64,000 nucleotides of DNA. It comes from Setoptus koraiensis (taxonomy: Eukaryota > Animalia > Arthropoda). The translations under genes and the position numbers were made by a program. Below the pieces are notes generated by a model that saw only the letters and a list, made by a program, of their open reading frames with translations, did no database searches and was not told where the DNA came from. Positions within the stretch are counted from its first letter, which is position 1, and each line of letters starts with the position of its first letter. This document shows, piece after piece, positions 37,850 through 51,640 of the stretch. Location of the stretch: contig CM106585.1 in the NCBI GenBank assembly GCA_048013815.1, forward strand, positions 558,001 through 622,000, given 5' to 3'.

Positions 37850-40800
37850 TCTAAAGAATAATGATGCCAATACTAATAAAAACTCGACTACTGTCTTTAC
37901 ACCAATCGCAGTGTGTCGAGCAGATATTTCACCACAAGAATAAGAACCAATATCTACAGAGAATCTAAATTGATATCAAGCCAGTTAAATTTTCTGACTC
38001 ACGCCTCGCCAATACTTTTTCTTCAAGCTTGTCATATCATACAACTATTGTCATGTAGGTCGCATGGAATTGCTTCTTGTTGTTTAGCAACATCTTCAGC
38101 ATCACATTTGATCCTTAGTTCTTTTAGTTGTGATTAAGTCAAACAATTCATCCTAACCAATACGATAGATATGAAGTACCACACTATACATATTATTCAG
38201 ATTGTCTAACAGAATATTCTGTCGACTCATTTGAAAGCATTGTGAACCATAAATCTTCTCAAGTTTTTCATCAGGTTCCACTTCTCTACAACCGGAATCA
38301 ACCTAAGTTGCTTTTAATCTTGTTCTACAATCAGTTACAAATATTTCGGTAAGAATTGCGCAAACGGTTTACAAGTAAAGTTTACAAGTTCAAGGTTAGT
38401 CTCATCGTGACCGAATGAAGGATATTTCGCAACACCAAAGATCGCGAATCTATTAAACCAATCAAAACAAGATCAATACTTTTATCATTCTAGACTCCCC
38501 ATAGAAAGATACACGAGCCACACATTGTGACCTTATATTGATGATATCATTGATATCTGTTACCAATTAGATTACAATCTGTATTGGTAGCATGTAGGGC
38601 ACTAGTAAGATTACTTAACAAACATGCGATAAAAGATACGCTACATATCAAATCTGAGACGATTAATCAAGCATCGATAGATGGAAACCCGCAAGGTGTG
38701 TAATTCAATTACTTGAGAGAGAAAATCATTCATTATTTGCCATCACAGTAACATTTTATCTTGCAAGATAAAAATAGACAAATGCACTTGTTGATTTTCG
38801 AGTATTGAGCTAACTATATAGATAATGATAATCGTTTGATCATGGCCTCACTTTCAGTATCGTGCCACTTGGATGACATTTCTGAACAAGACACAAGAAT
38901 AACAATCTTGAGTTGCCTAAGATCTTGCCATTTCTTTTGAGTAGTTTGAAACAACATGTGCCGAAGAGCAGAGCGAAAGCATTGCTTCATCTCTGATGGG
39001 AGTGGTCTGAAGATCATCCGATTAGTTTGCTTTGACCACGTTTCATAACATGCCGTATCAATTAATTGAGACAACTGTGGATTTACGATAACGCATTTAT
39101 TGTTGCACATTCTCCATGCTTGAGCTCTTTCTGTTAAGTTTATATCTGAATAGACTTTCATTGAAACATTGTAAGGCAACCTGCTAAAAGAAAAAAAGGA
39201 AAACCGTAGTGAATATTTACGTCATCGGCGATGCGCCTCTAAATGTGCTAACGACATTTGCACCTCGAAACTCAAGGGTTCTTTTCCATTTTGTCACTAA
39301 ATACTATTCCTTGATCAACAGTGAGCCACTGACGTCATTTGTCGTTGTCGAACTTTGTAGTATTCGCTTTGTGTATGATAATGACAGAGAATTTTATCTT
39401 ATTTACTACAACACACTGTTCTCTAGCTAGAGACTCGACAAACATCGACGACCATCCTCACTCATTATCAAACCACTATGAGTTGTTGCTGGCAATAACC
39501 TATCACTTTCAGCTGATAGACATTCTGGAATAAACTTTCCGGTTTTCTCTTGGATCAAACAACATGGCATAGTTGTCGTCAAGAAAAGATGATCTCTGTT
39601 CAGCATGCAAACTGCAGTTTGCAACTTAAATCTCACAACTCACAATTTTCAACTTGAAGACTTCTTCTGTCAGAAGGACTCAGTTCCATAGGTTATCGGG
39701 CTGCAGGGTTGAGCCATGCAAAGAAGCGACATCAGCAGAAACACATAAATATCCATTTGTCTCCTACGTTGACTTGATCTTATCTAGATAGCGGGAAGTA
39801 AAAAATGTTTATCTACATAACTGAAGTTCAAGTTTAAGCAATAAGGAAAGTTTGTTCGGTATGACCGTCGAAGAAATCGAGTTTTTGGACTTGAGTTGAG
39901 CATTGCGTCGACAAGTTATCTCTCGAGTCATTCTCACTCGTTGTCTCCATTTCTATCTTTGCATGGAATATTCATCTTTCTTTCCTTATAGGTACTGTTT
40001 TTTCCCATATAATATCATCATCAGCAACAACAACTCAAATTTGATCACTACTGACGAACTAAGAAGAATTAGAAGGAGGTAGGAAAAAGCTCTCGAGGCA
40101 AGAACAATCGATCCTCAGAGATGAGTGAATATATCGCCAACAGCGCCAACATCATGTTTTTATACTTGCATTTCAAGCAATAAATGTAGCTGTATCACCC
40201 GTTGCGATTATGATTTGAATTAGTGATCGTTGTAGATTTGTCCGAGAATTTCTTTTTGGGAAGATTCCGTCTCAGAAAAAAAAGAAACATGGAAGATTGC
40301 ATCTACTTTCTATACTATAAAACTATTGACATGTACCTACATACAACCTGTACAACCTAGAGATGTAAAATAATATCAGTTTACATGATGACGATAAGAC
40401 CATATATGAAACTAGTAATGAGCCCAGCGAAAAACCTTTTTTTAGTTTTGCATATCCATATGTCATCATGCAACTGGATATGGTCGAAAAAAGAATGGCG
40501 CCAAAATGCGGGCGAAACAACAATTCGTTAAAGCAGATAGATATTGATTGATATTAATTCCATTAGACTGGTAGTATTGATGAACATTTTGCCGTATCCC
40601 TCCTCCTACTCATAAGACGACAATGTACACTTGTATGTATACTTTCCATTCTTCTTTTTTTCTATGTGATCCAAGTAAATGTTTAATTAATACACGTGAT
40701 CAGATTTACGAATAGTTCACGCGTTGAATTTGCTTACAATGTGTCGGCTTTCACTCGCAAGTCAGCCGGCATCGTTTTGTTTCACGTGTTTATACAACAA

Positions 40801-42345
40801 ATACAACTTGTCGTATATACCGGTATACTGCTAACAAGTGATAGTTAATAGACGAATTTGCCAGCTCCGGCACTTGCCATATCGCCACTTCATACACACA
40901 CACACACACTACAATAGCCCCTTATAATCTTGATGCTCGATTTGCTTAAACCATTGTTATTGTTGATTCAATGCTTATCTCTCGCTCGGTCTTTAGCTCG
41001 TTGCTCATGTGATTAGTGCTTGTTAATTGTCAGTGATTAATAAGTTTCTGTGTTGAGTTGGATACACATGCCTCATGTCAGTGGCATGGCACATCAATGT
41101 GTTTGTATAGGTTGCTATGCAAATGTAGAAAGCATGATCTGAGAATATCATTAAATAAACTATAGAGCCGCCTTGTTGAACACACGCAGTCATACACTCG
41201 CCTCGCAGTGATTATCACCATCTTATTTTAGAGAGATATAGAGAAAGTGCTGATATGCAGCATTTGTCAAAACACTAGAACAGTATACTAAGAACACTGC
41301 TGTCTCACTTGCTAGAGCCGTGGTTAGTTTGACATCCCCGATCCATTGGTTGGTTCATTCATTCAATTATTCTCTGTTAAAATCACACGATATACGTCGT
41401 TGATTAGAATCACCACCACCATCAACAACAACAACAACAACATCTAACACAACATAAGCAACAGGATGTAGTAGAGAGCTTTAGATCATTATAATATTTG
41501 CAAGCTATATACTAATGATATGTATAGAAGGTGATAGAAGGTCCAAGTGCACATCTGTTGCACTTGTTGCAACGCTGTTGTTGGCGGTGCCGGCAAGTTT
41601 CTAAGAAGACATTACAAAAAAAAAACGTATAGATGGATAAATGTGAGATGGGAGAAACAAGAAAGTTACCACTACCACTGCTGACTGTTTTGGCTGGTGG
41701 CAAAAATCCCACTGCCACCACCACATATATACGCAATGCTTCGTCATGATCATCAATTGATATTCACTGACTCTCTCTCTCTCTCTCGCCTTTTCTACTT
41801 TCCACCAACTACTCGCTATAACTATCAAGATATAAATGAATGTTGTATGAGTAATATTAATCTTAGTCTTGCTACAGTCATGGTGGAATAGTTGGACAGA
41901 CAGACTCGAGCTGCATGCAGGTTGTTGCAATAGATAATTAAAAGTTGTTGCTTTTGGTCGACAGTGCCGCTGGTGAATAAGTTGGCTGATTTCATTCGGC
42001 AACTCAAACTTAAAGTCTGTAATACAGTATGAATATCTGGGCACTTTCGCACACACTCGCAGCCTACTTACACTTGTGATAACCACCAATAATAATATAT
42101 GTATACATAATTGAGGTATTATGTCGGTTGCCAAGTCTAGCCAGCAGCCAATAGTTGGCTGGACCAGAGACTCTCTGGCAGAGAGAGAGAGAGAGAGGGA
42201 GTGAGGGAGGGATGGAGAGAGAGTTTAAGTCGGTGGCAAATCCATGAAGATGCTCGCTAGCCGTGGTGTAACTTGTTCTGGCAAGCCGACTTTAGAGTGG
42301 TAATCATCACTTATATAAATTGGAGACAGGTTGTTGGCGATGATA

Positions 42346-42741
42346 TCGGGTGTAAGGATCAAATGCTCGACTTCCTACAGATTATGCTACGCTGCCTTCC
42401 ACAGTGCATTTTCCGCACAAAAACACTGAGCGCCGCTAGAGATTTTTGTCAGTGTGCACCGATGTTTTATGTAAGATCCACCAGAGGCGCTGCTTACATA
42501 ACATTAACCGAGAATGCACTGCAGCGTCGCCCTTGCGGACATTTTACAAACCAATACAGGTGCATCAGAAAAACCTTAGCTACACTGCGCTAGCTTAGAT
42601 CGCACAGTTCGTACGTAAGCAGGACTCTGAGCATGTTTAGAGCAACGGTGCAACGCAGGCACGCAATACTACTTTGTACACTCTGTGCTTGTGTGCTGCA
42701 CAAGTTCTTTTGGATCTTGGGTATCTGATCTTTACACCCGA
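42346..42741. mobile_element. Tc1/mariner-type MITE, 396 bp, copy 2 (inverted relative to copy 1)
   Basis: TA|TCGGGTGTAAGGATCA ... TGATCTTTACACCCGA|TA: 15/16-bp TIR with TA duplicated at 42344-45 and 42742-43. Shares long blocks with the reverse complement of copy 1 (e.g. CTACAGATTATGCTACGCTGCCTTCCACA; GCGGACATTTTACAAACCAAT). Confidence 0.88.
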
Positions 42742-43299
42742 TAGGTGGAGGTCACAAATAGTGCGGTGTTGTTTGGGTTGTGTGCTCAGGCCGACTGACA
42801 ATAAGCTTAACTGGTGGCAAGCCGGGTCTCAGGTCGCTACTACACTGTGCTAAGACTAGAATGTTCACAAGATTGCCTTGCCTTAGCTGTCTTGCTGTGG
42901 CATTTACAGTAGGGTGGACGTAGCGCACTCAGCCTCGGTGCCCAGAGTGTGTAATTGGAGTCTTGATTCAAGAGTCTTGAAGACTCTCGCTCATTTGCGT
43001 GTGTATGTTTTGTGTGCGCACAGATAGCACATCGGCAGTGCATAAAAGAGTGAGTGACTTGGCACAAGCGCTGGACTGCGCAACACAGAATTTATGTCAT
43101 AAATTACGTATATGGGGTGTTTCAGTCCGTTTGCACAACTATAATACACATCGTCCAGCTTCTAGCGCATGGTGCTTGTGTCAATTATCGAAAAATAAAG
43201 CACTGTTGGAGCCGGCCGTAGTATAATCAAGCCAAGTGTGCGTTTTGATTGAAACACTCTCTATCTGTTAGAGTGTGCAGAGAAGAAGTTGCTGCAGTT

Positions 43300-43301
<2 letters not shown>

Positions 43302-43332
<31 letters not shown>
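43302..43332. repeat. (GT)15 microsatellite upstream of ACC
   Basis: Directly visible. Confidence 0.95.
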
Positions 43333-43335
<3 letters not shown>

Positions 43336-43523
43336 AGAGCGCAAGTCTTATTGCAAATTGCAGCCACTAGTCGTAGGAGTAGTGTCGTCGTCTTTGTCGT
43401 CTCAGGCGCACACACACACACACCGGATCAGCCGTAGAGAAGAGCGGCGGTATTTCTTATTATCGTCTTCACTATTATTATTATATATTTAATTATATTA
43501 TCACATCATACCGGCCAATAACT

Positions 43524-46500
43524 ATGGCCAAACAATTGAGAACGTCCATGAGCGGCATTCATTTGCCCGCTCAAGACAAGCTCGACTCCAACAAGGAGGG
43601 AATGCAATTTAATTCGCCGGAGGAATTTGTTAAACGATTTGGCGGAACTAAAGTAATCAACAGAGTGCTTATAGCCAACAATGGTATTGCCGCCGTTAAG
43701 TGCATGCGATCCATTCGTAGGTGGTCGTACGAGTGGTTTAGAACAGAGAAGGCCATCCGTTTTATTGTTATGGTCACACCAGAGGATTTAAAGGCCAATG
43801 CCGAATATGTTAAAATGGCCGACATGTATATACCTGTGCCAGGCGGTGCCAATAATTACAATTATGCCAATGTTGATCTTATTGTCGAGGTAGCCAAACG
43901 CTTTAGAGTTCAGGGCGTCTGGGCCGGATGGGGTCACGCTAGTGAGAATCCTAAATTGCCTGAAATGTTATCTAAGGAAAATATTGCCTTTATGGGTCCA
44001 CCACATCAGGCCATGTGGGCGCTAGGAGATAAAATTGCCTCATCCATTGTGGCGCAAACAGCCAACGTGCCCACACTTCCATGGAGCGGTAGTGGACTAG
44101 TCAGTGATTGGAAAGAGGGACAAACTATTAGAATACCTACGGATTTGTATCAAAAGGGTTGCACGTCAGACCTGGAATCCGGTTTAGAGGCCGCCATTAA
44201 AATTGGCTTCCCTGTTATGATTAAGGCCAGCGAGGGCGGTGGTGGCAAGGGTATCAGGAAGGTGGAACGACAAGAGGAATTTGCCATTATGTTTAGACAA
44301 GTCCAAAATGAAGTGCCAGGATCGCCAATATTCATTATGAAATTAGCCACATGTGCCAGACATTTAGAAGTGCAATTATTAGCAGATCAATATGGTAATG
44401 CCATATCCTTGTTTGGTCGTGATTGTTCCATTCAGAGGCGTCACCAGAAAATCATTGAGGAAGCGCCGGCCATTATAGCAGACGAAGAGATGTTCAGAGA
44501 GATGGAGGTGGCCGCAGTTAGATTGGCCAAAATGGTTGGTTATGTGTCAGCCGGTACGGTGGAATATCTTTATGATCCATCTGCAAAGAAATTCTTTTTT
44601 CTCGAATTAAATCCAAGATTACAAGTAGAACATCCATGCTCAGAGATGGTGGCCGGTGTCAATTTGCCAGCTTGCCAATTGCAAATAGCCATGGGTCTAC
44701 CATTGAATCGTATCAAAGAAATTAGAACTTTATATGGGGAACATAATCCATGGGGTGATACTAAAATTGATTTCAGTGTGGGTAGATCACGGCCGCTTGG
44801 GCATGTTATTGCAGCGCGTATAACATCAGAGAACCCAGAAGAAGGCTTTAAACCGTCCAGTGGTACCGTGTCTGAAATTAGCTTTGCATCCAGCAAGAAC
44901 GTTTGGGGTTATTTCAGTGTGGCCGCGGCCGGTGGCTTACATGAATTTGCGGATTCTCAATTCGGACATTGTTTCTCATGGGGCGAAGATCGTGAAACTG
45001 CTCGTGAAAATTTAGTATTTGCTTTAGGTGAATTGAAAATCCGTGCTGACTTTAGCAATACAACTGAATACCTCATAACTTTATTAGAAACGCCGGACTT
45101 TCAAAATAACACCATAGATACCGGATGGTTGGATCGATTGATAGCAGAGAGAATTACAAGTGACAGGCCAAAAACTAGCTTGGCTGTTATCTGTGGTTGT
45201 ATACATGTTGCTGACAATAAATTAACAAACAATTGGCAACTGTTTCAACAATCTCTGCAAAAAGGACAAATTTTACCAGCGAACACACTTAACATAATGA
45301 ACACAGTCAATGTGGAATTAGTCTATGAGGGAGTCAAATATTTTGTTAGTGTTACACGCAGTGGACCGCATGATTACTTCCTTGTTATGAATGGCACCTA
45401 TAAACAAGTTGAAGTGCATCGTCTCTCTGATTCAGGATTATTATTGAGCATAGATGGGTTCTCATTGACGACATATATGAAAGAGGAGGTTGAACGCTTC
45501 AGAGTGATTATTGGAAACCAATCATGCGTATTCGAAAAGGAGAATGATCCAACAATATTGAGATCACCCTCGACCGGAAAGCTTGTGTCATATCTAGTTG
45601 ACGACGGCTCACACATTGAAGCTGGTCAAAACTACGCCGAAATAGAGGTCATGAAAATGATTATGACCTTACAGGCTCAAGGAAGTGGTACGATTTCTCA
45701 TGCTAAACGGGCTGGAGCTGTTCTAGAAGCAGGTGTGATACTTGCCAGATTAGAATTGGATGATCCATCACTTGTTCAGCGCGCTGAACTGTTTACAAAG
45801 GGCTTTCAAAGTTTAGAAGAGAACGACTTTGATGGTGACGGGAACTCTGACGATGTAACATTTGCAACGGAACCACCGGTACAAAAGTTGAACGTTACAT
45901 TCCAACAAGCTAAACAACATTTAGAAAACATTCTTGCAGGTTATACATTACCAGCTCCTTTCTTCGATGTTAAAATGACAGAAAATATAGAAACTTACAT
46001 GCGATGTCTAAGAGATCCACGCTTACCACTTATAGAGCTACAAGATATAATTTCCTCAATAAGTGGTCGAATACCAGCGACTGTTGAACGTCAGATCAAA
46101 CAATTGATGAATAATTATGAAAGCAATATAACTGCAATATTGGCTACATTTCCATCCCAAGAAATTGCAGCTGTCATAGATAGTTATGCATCTACACTAC
46201 ACCGGAGAGCCGATCGAGACATATTCTTCCTGAATACACAGGGAATAGTTCAATTGGTTCAAAGATACAGAAAAGGTATACGAGGTAGAACGCACAGTTG
46301 TGTGCAAGACTTGCTCAAACAATATCTCAACGTAGAACAGCATTTCCAGAACGGACAATATGACAAATGTGTTTCATCTCTTAGAGATACCTTCAAAGAT
46401 GAAGGAATGAGCAAAGTTGTTGAGATAATATTTTCTCATCTCAGTGTCATCAAGAAGAATAACTTAGTTATTGAGTTGATTGATCATTTATGTGGACACG

Positions 46501-49500
46501 AGCCTGGTTTGACTGACGAACTGAGTAGCATTCTATCAGCTTTGACCGACTTGAGTAAATCAGAGAATGGCAAGGTTGCCTTGAGAGCTCGACAAGTCTT
46601 AATATCAGCACATCAACCACCTCATGCATTGAGACATAACCAAATGGAATCTATATTCCTTTCAGCGATTGACATATATTCAAGAGAATTCGAACCGAAT
46701 GTACTCACCAGTCTTGTACTTAGTGAGCCGTCAATTTTTGATATACTGCATCAATTCTTTTACCACTCGAATAACATCGTTAGAAGGGCCGCTTTGGAGG
46801 TCTATGTCAGACGTGCGTATATCTCATATGACATGGTGGCCTTACAGCATTGCGTAATAGAAGATAGAGCGTCATCACCATCAATTAATGATGTGAACAT
46901 AAATGGATACCATAGCTTAACAAATGGCAACTTTAGAGGTAGTGATAGTAGTTCTTCCTCGACTGAACCCTCCGATTACTCCATGACCAATTCCTATGCT
47001 AGCATGCCCGCTACTCACGTTCAAACAGGACCAACAAAAGTTCCCGCAGCTGTCTACCACTTCATTCTACCCTCGTCGCATCCATCTATGGCTGCAAGCC
47101 ACGATAGTCTTGTGCCTCCGATAAGATCTCTCATGGCTAATCATGAATCTGCAACCTTGGATCACCACCAGTCGCAGCTCATGTCGAGCAACATGAATTG
47201 TTATGGAAGCTCAGATGGAATAGCAAATTACAGAGTTGGTATTATAGCTGCATTTGAAAATATCGAACATGCAGAACAAAATTTTGAGCAATTACTGAAT
47301 CATATCAGAAGAACTGAACAACAATTGAAAGAAAGCAGAATGGAGCCCGAAGGTGGTGCTGGCGGCGCTACTGCTCTTGGTGGTGTTACTAATGTGCCCA
47401 CAGCTGTAGTTCAGCGAATCAAGAAGGAGCGAAGTAACAGTCTCTTAGGTTTTACTGGTAGAGAAAGATCCTCCTCGCTTCCAGTCGCCCCGAGACCACT
47501 GAAAGAGAAGCAATTCAATCCTATCTATATAATGAACATTGTTCTCAAGGGTAAACATGAAGGGTCAGATGAGAGCGCTGAAAGTAGAAGGTTTGAGTTG
47601 TTCTGTCAACTGAGAAAATCGGATCTTATTAAGAACGCTGTCCGACGGGTCACATTTATAGTCTGTGATAAATTCAGATTTCCTAAATATTACACATTCC
47701 GACATCGAGACGAGTACTTTGAAGACAAAATATATCGCAACTTAGAACCAGCCCTCGCATTCCAACTGGAGATTAATCGTATGAAGAATTATGATCTTGA
47801 GGCTATACCCACGGCCAAGCAGAAAATGCATTTGTACCTTGGAAAAGCCAAAGTTGTTACTCCTGGACAACAGGTGAATGATTTTAGATTTTTTGTTAGA
47901 ACTATTATCAGACATTCAGACCTTATAACCAAGGAAGCTAGTTACGATTTCTTGCAAAATGAGGGTGAACGTCAGCTATTAGAAGCAATGGACGAATTAG
48001 AAGTAGCATCTTCTCATCCAAATGCTAGTCGCACTGACTGTAACCACATTTTCTTGAACTTCGTGCCAAAAGTAACGATGGATCCAACCAAAGTTAGTAT
48101 CTGTGCAATTCTTTCAGATTTTTTCCTTACTTTTCATCAAGACTAGAGATTTAATTTTCTCACTTACTTTTTTGTTCGTACAGATTGCGGAAAATGTCCG
48201 AAATATGGTAATGCGATATGGTCCTAGATTGTGGAAACTTCGAGTCTTGCAAGCCGAATTGAGAATGGCTATTCGATTTACATCCAGTGGACCATGCACG
48301 CCTTACCGATTATTTTTGGCTAATGAATCCGGATACCACTTGGATCTACATCTATACAAAGAAGTGATTGACAGCAATACGGGACAAATGAAATTTGAGT
48401 CATGCCTCGATTCTTCAAAACCTGGACCTCTTCATGATTTACTTATTGCCACTCCATACATGACTAAAGACTATTTGCAGGCTAAACGTTTCCAGGCTCA
48501 AAGTAGCGGTAGTACTTATGTATATGACTTCCCTGACATGTTTCAGACAGCATTGACCAAGCTTTGGGAAGAATTTTTGGTACACAGACCGGAGTTGGAG
48601 ATGCCAGAACAAGTTCTTCATTGTGTTGAGTTGATTGTTGATCCGACCAACACGAAACTGCTTGAACAAAAAAGAGTTCCCGGACAAAATGATGTAGGCA
48701 TGGTAGCATGGAAAATGTGCCTATTCACTCCTGAGTATCCAGGTGGCAGAGATATAATTGTAATAGCTAACGACATGACATTCTTGTTGGGAACTTTTGG
48801 CCCTAGAGAGGACATTGTCTTTCAATTGGCCAGTGAAAAAGCTCGCACTCAAGGTATACCTAGAATTTACTTGTCAGCAAATGGAGGTGCGCGCATAGGG
48901 CTGGCGGAAGAAGTGAAGTCTCTCTTCCATATTGCTTGGATTGACGAAGATGACCCCGAAAAAGGTTTTGAATATCTTTATCTATTACCAGATGAATACA
49001 AGAAAGTCGAGGCATCTGTAAGATGTGAACCGATTGATCATGACGGGCAGACAAGATATAAAATAACAGATGTGATTGGTCAGGTAGACGGTATTGGTGT
49101 CGAGTGCCTTAAGTATGCTGGTATGATCGCTGGTGAATCATCCCAAGCCTACAATGAAATAGTTACGATTACAATGGTCACATGCAGGTCTATCGGTATT
49201 GGTTCTTACTTGGCGAGGTTGTCTCAGCGTGTCATACAACTAGACAACTCGCACTTGATATTGACAGGATTTCAGGCACTTAACAAACTTCTCGGCAGAG
49301 AAGTATACACATCCAACAATCAACTTGGTGGTGTCAACGTCATGTATCACAATGGTGTCAGCCATGCCACAGTTCAGGATGATCTTCAAGGTACATCTTT
49401 AATTCTTCAATGGTTATCATACATGCCAAAGTGCAGATTTGCCTTGTTACCTGTGATTGAACCTCTCGACCCTGTTGACAGAGAGGTTCTATTCCGTCCA

Positions 49501-50394
49501 CCAAATGCACCTTACGACCCGAGATGGTTGATCAATGGGCGCGAAGCTGCTAATGGAACATGGGAAGGAGGTCTATTCGATAAAGGTTCTTTCCTAGAGA
49601 TCCTTAACGGTTGGGCTAAAACTGTTGTTTGTGGACGCGCTAGACTTGGTGGTATACCTGTTGGAGTGATTGCGACAGAGACAAGAACTGTTGATTTTAC
49701 CATACCAGCGGATCCAGCTAATCTTGACTCTGAGTCTAAGTCCCTTAGCCAAGCCGGACAAGTATGGTTTCCGGACAGCAGTTACAAAACAGCCCAGGCC
49801 ATCAACGATTTCAACCGAGAGGGCCTTCCCCTTATAATTTTGGCTAATTGGAGAGGATTTTCTGGTGGTATGAAAGACATGTATGATCAAGTTCTTAAAT
49901 TTGGAGCCTATATCGTTGACAGTTTAAGGCAATATTCACAAGCAATTCTAGTTTATTTGCCTCCATACAGTGAACTAAGAGGCGGTGCTTGGGCTGTGCT
50001 TGATGCATCTATTAACCCTCGTCACATGGAGATGTACGCGGATCCAGAGGCACGTGGCGGTGTACTGGAGCCAGAAGGTGTTGTTGAGATTAGATTCAGA
50101 CAAAAAGACCTTGTTAAGACTATGTATCGAAACGACAAAAAATTAATTCAGTACGCTCAAGAGATGGCAAAAACTGAAGATAGTTCCAGGAAGAAAGAGT
50201 GCGAAACGCTGATAAAAGAAAGAGAGCAGGTATTAATGGCTGCTTATCATCAAGTGGCCCTTAACTTTGCCGACCTCCATGACAAACCATGCAGAATGCT
50301 TGCCAAGGGAGCAATATGTGATATTGTGCCATGGCGAGACTCGCGACAATTTTTCCATATGCGTCTAAGACGCTTAATTTTTGATGAAAGATAG
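43524..50394 (+). CDS. ACC: Acetyl-CoA carboxylase, ~2259 aa, 2 exons
   Basis: Exons 43524-48092 and 48184-50394. The phase-0 intron 48093-48183 (GTTAGT..CAG) joins MDPTK|[27 protein letters not shown] domain ([16 protein letters not shown]; [12 protein letters not shown]; [11 protein letters not shown]), biotin motif EVMKM, CT domain (GARIGLA; GQVWFPDS; NWRGFSGG; ELRGGAW). Confidence 0.98.
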
Positions 50395-50498
50395 AAATAA
50401 GATTTATAAACGACGGTGATTTGTTTTTTGATGTTATTTTAACTAAATATTAACGCTCATATTGAGATTTACAGTACTTTCTCTTTCTGATATAAAGT

Positions 50499-51131
50499 TT
50501 AATCAACGTCCATACTGTCAGTGGCTGGCTTCTTCTTTTGACTCTTTTGGCGCATGTATTCGTCAAGATCTGCGTCCAGGTCGTTTTGGCTTAGGCCTGG
50601 GTCTTTGTTTTGATCGTTACTTCGACCCTTTTTAGTGCCCCACGACGAGTTTTTTTTCGCTGATGGTCTTGAGTCAGGTGGATTGGTATCTACTGCGTCA
50701 AGGCCTTCTATTACTTCGTTATGAACAGGTGTCACATCCATAGCTCCTTCTTCGAGTTGTTGTTTAAGCAGCTTGATTCTACGAGCCTCCACCATATATT
50801 CGTCGATGTCAGCATCTAGTTCAGGCCTAGTCACTTCCTCTCTTTCCTCTTGCGGAGTGGCCTCTATTACAATGTTATCGTTGATGGTAAGCATTTTTAG
50901 TCGGGCATTTTTGGTCGATGTAACACCACGAGCCTTCAATTTGAGTGTTCGGAGTAGCTGAACATTTTTGCTTGAGCCCTGCAAACGAGTTGACTCGCCC
51001 GCCTCGACAACAGGTACTTTGGCCTCAAGAGTATGGCATTTGTAGGAATCAAATTTATCATTGAGATCCGACGAGTCAACATCTTTTTGATGCAGCAATA
51101 AATTGAATACTTTGTCTTCTTCGCCGCTCAT
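50499..51131 (-). CDS. 210-aa protein with two LDxxxDxYM motifs (FoP_duplication/UAP56-binding-motif-like; CHTOP/UIF-related)
   Basis: ELDADIDEYM and DLDADLDEYM resemble the duplicated C-terminal motif of CHTOP. No RGG/GAR tract. ATG start, intronless. Confidence 0.7.
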   Translation of the reverse strand: MSGEEDKVFNLLLHQKDVDSSDLNDKFDSYKCHTLEAKVPVVEAGESTRLQGSSKNVQLLRTLKLKARGVTSTKNARLKMLTINDNIVIEATPQEEREEVTRPELDADIDEYMVEARRIKLLKQQLEEGAMDVTPVHNEVIEGLDAVDTNPPDSRPSAKKNSSWGTKKGRSNDQNKDPGLSQNDLDADLDEYMRQKSQKKKPATDSMDVD

Positions 51132-51284
51132 TGTTATCTGATAATTGGTTGATTAGGAATGATACAGATTCACTGAATGTTGCTACTGGGATGAAATGGA
51201 TGGGTAATGAAACAGTGATTGGCAACAATGTGCTCCGGCGGATGAAACGCGTAATGAGGTTATGTGCACCAACTTCTGGCCAAA

Positions 51285-51640
51285 TCTCTGCGCGAGTTGT
51301 TTTTCTCGTGAAAATCACATTCGTGCGGGTGATCGGGGGGGAAAGGCTTGAGCCTCCCATTTCCCTGACTCAGATTGGGGAGCTCCTCCTTCCCGATTAC
51401 GAGATTGGATTTTTATAAGTGCGAGAAATAGGTAAATCGATGGGTGCAATCATACGAATACAGTCCAGGTACCAATCAAATCACATGAAATCTGAGTGTT
51501 AATTGTTGGTCGAATTGTTGGTCTTCAAATATCTGGGAGCTCCCAGCGGAGAGTATGCCTTGCTAGCTCCCCCAGTTAATAGCTTTGTGCAGGCCATTTG
51601 AATGTTGTGAGCATCAATTCGAGCAACCCACATGGCCGTA
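51285..51640 (+). ncRNA. Weak candidate RNase P/MRP-like RNA (divergent)
   Basis: GGAAAGGCTTGAG (51340-52) can pair with AATTCGAGC (51616-24) as a P4-like helix. P2-like pair 51289-96/51584-91, P3-like hairpin just upstream of the CR-I-like motif, AGAAA 51424, TGAAA 51486, AGTTAAT 51574. The invariant bulged U is missing. Confidence 0.25.
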
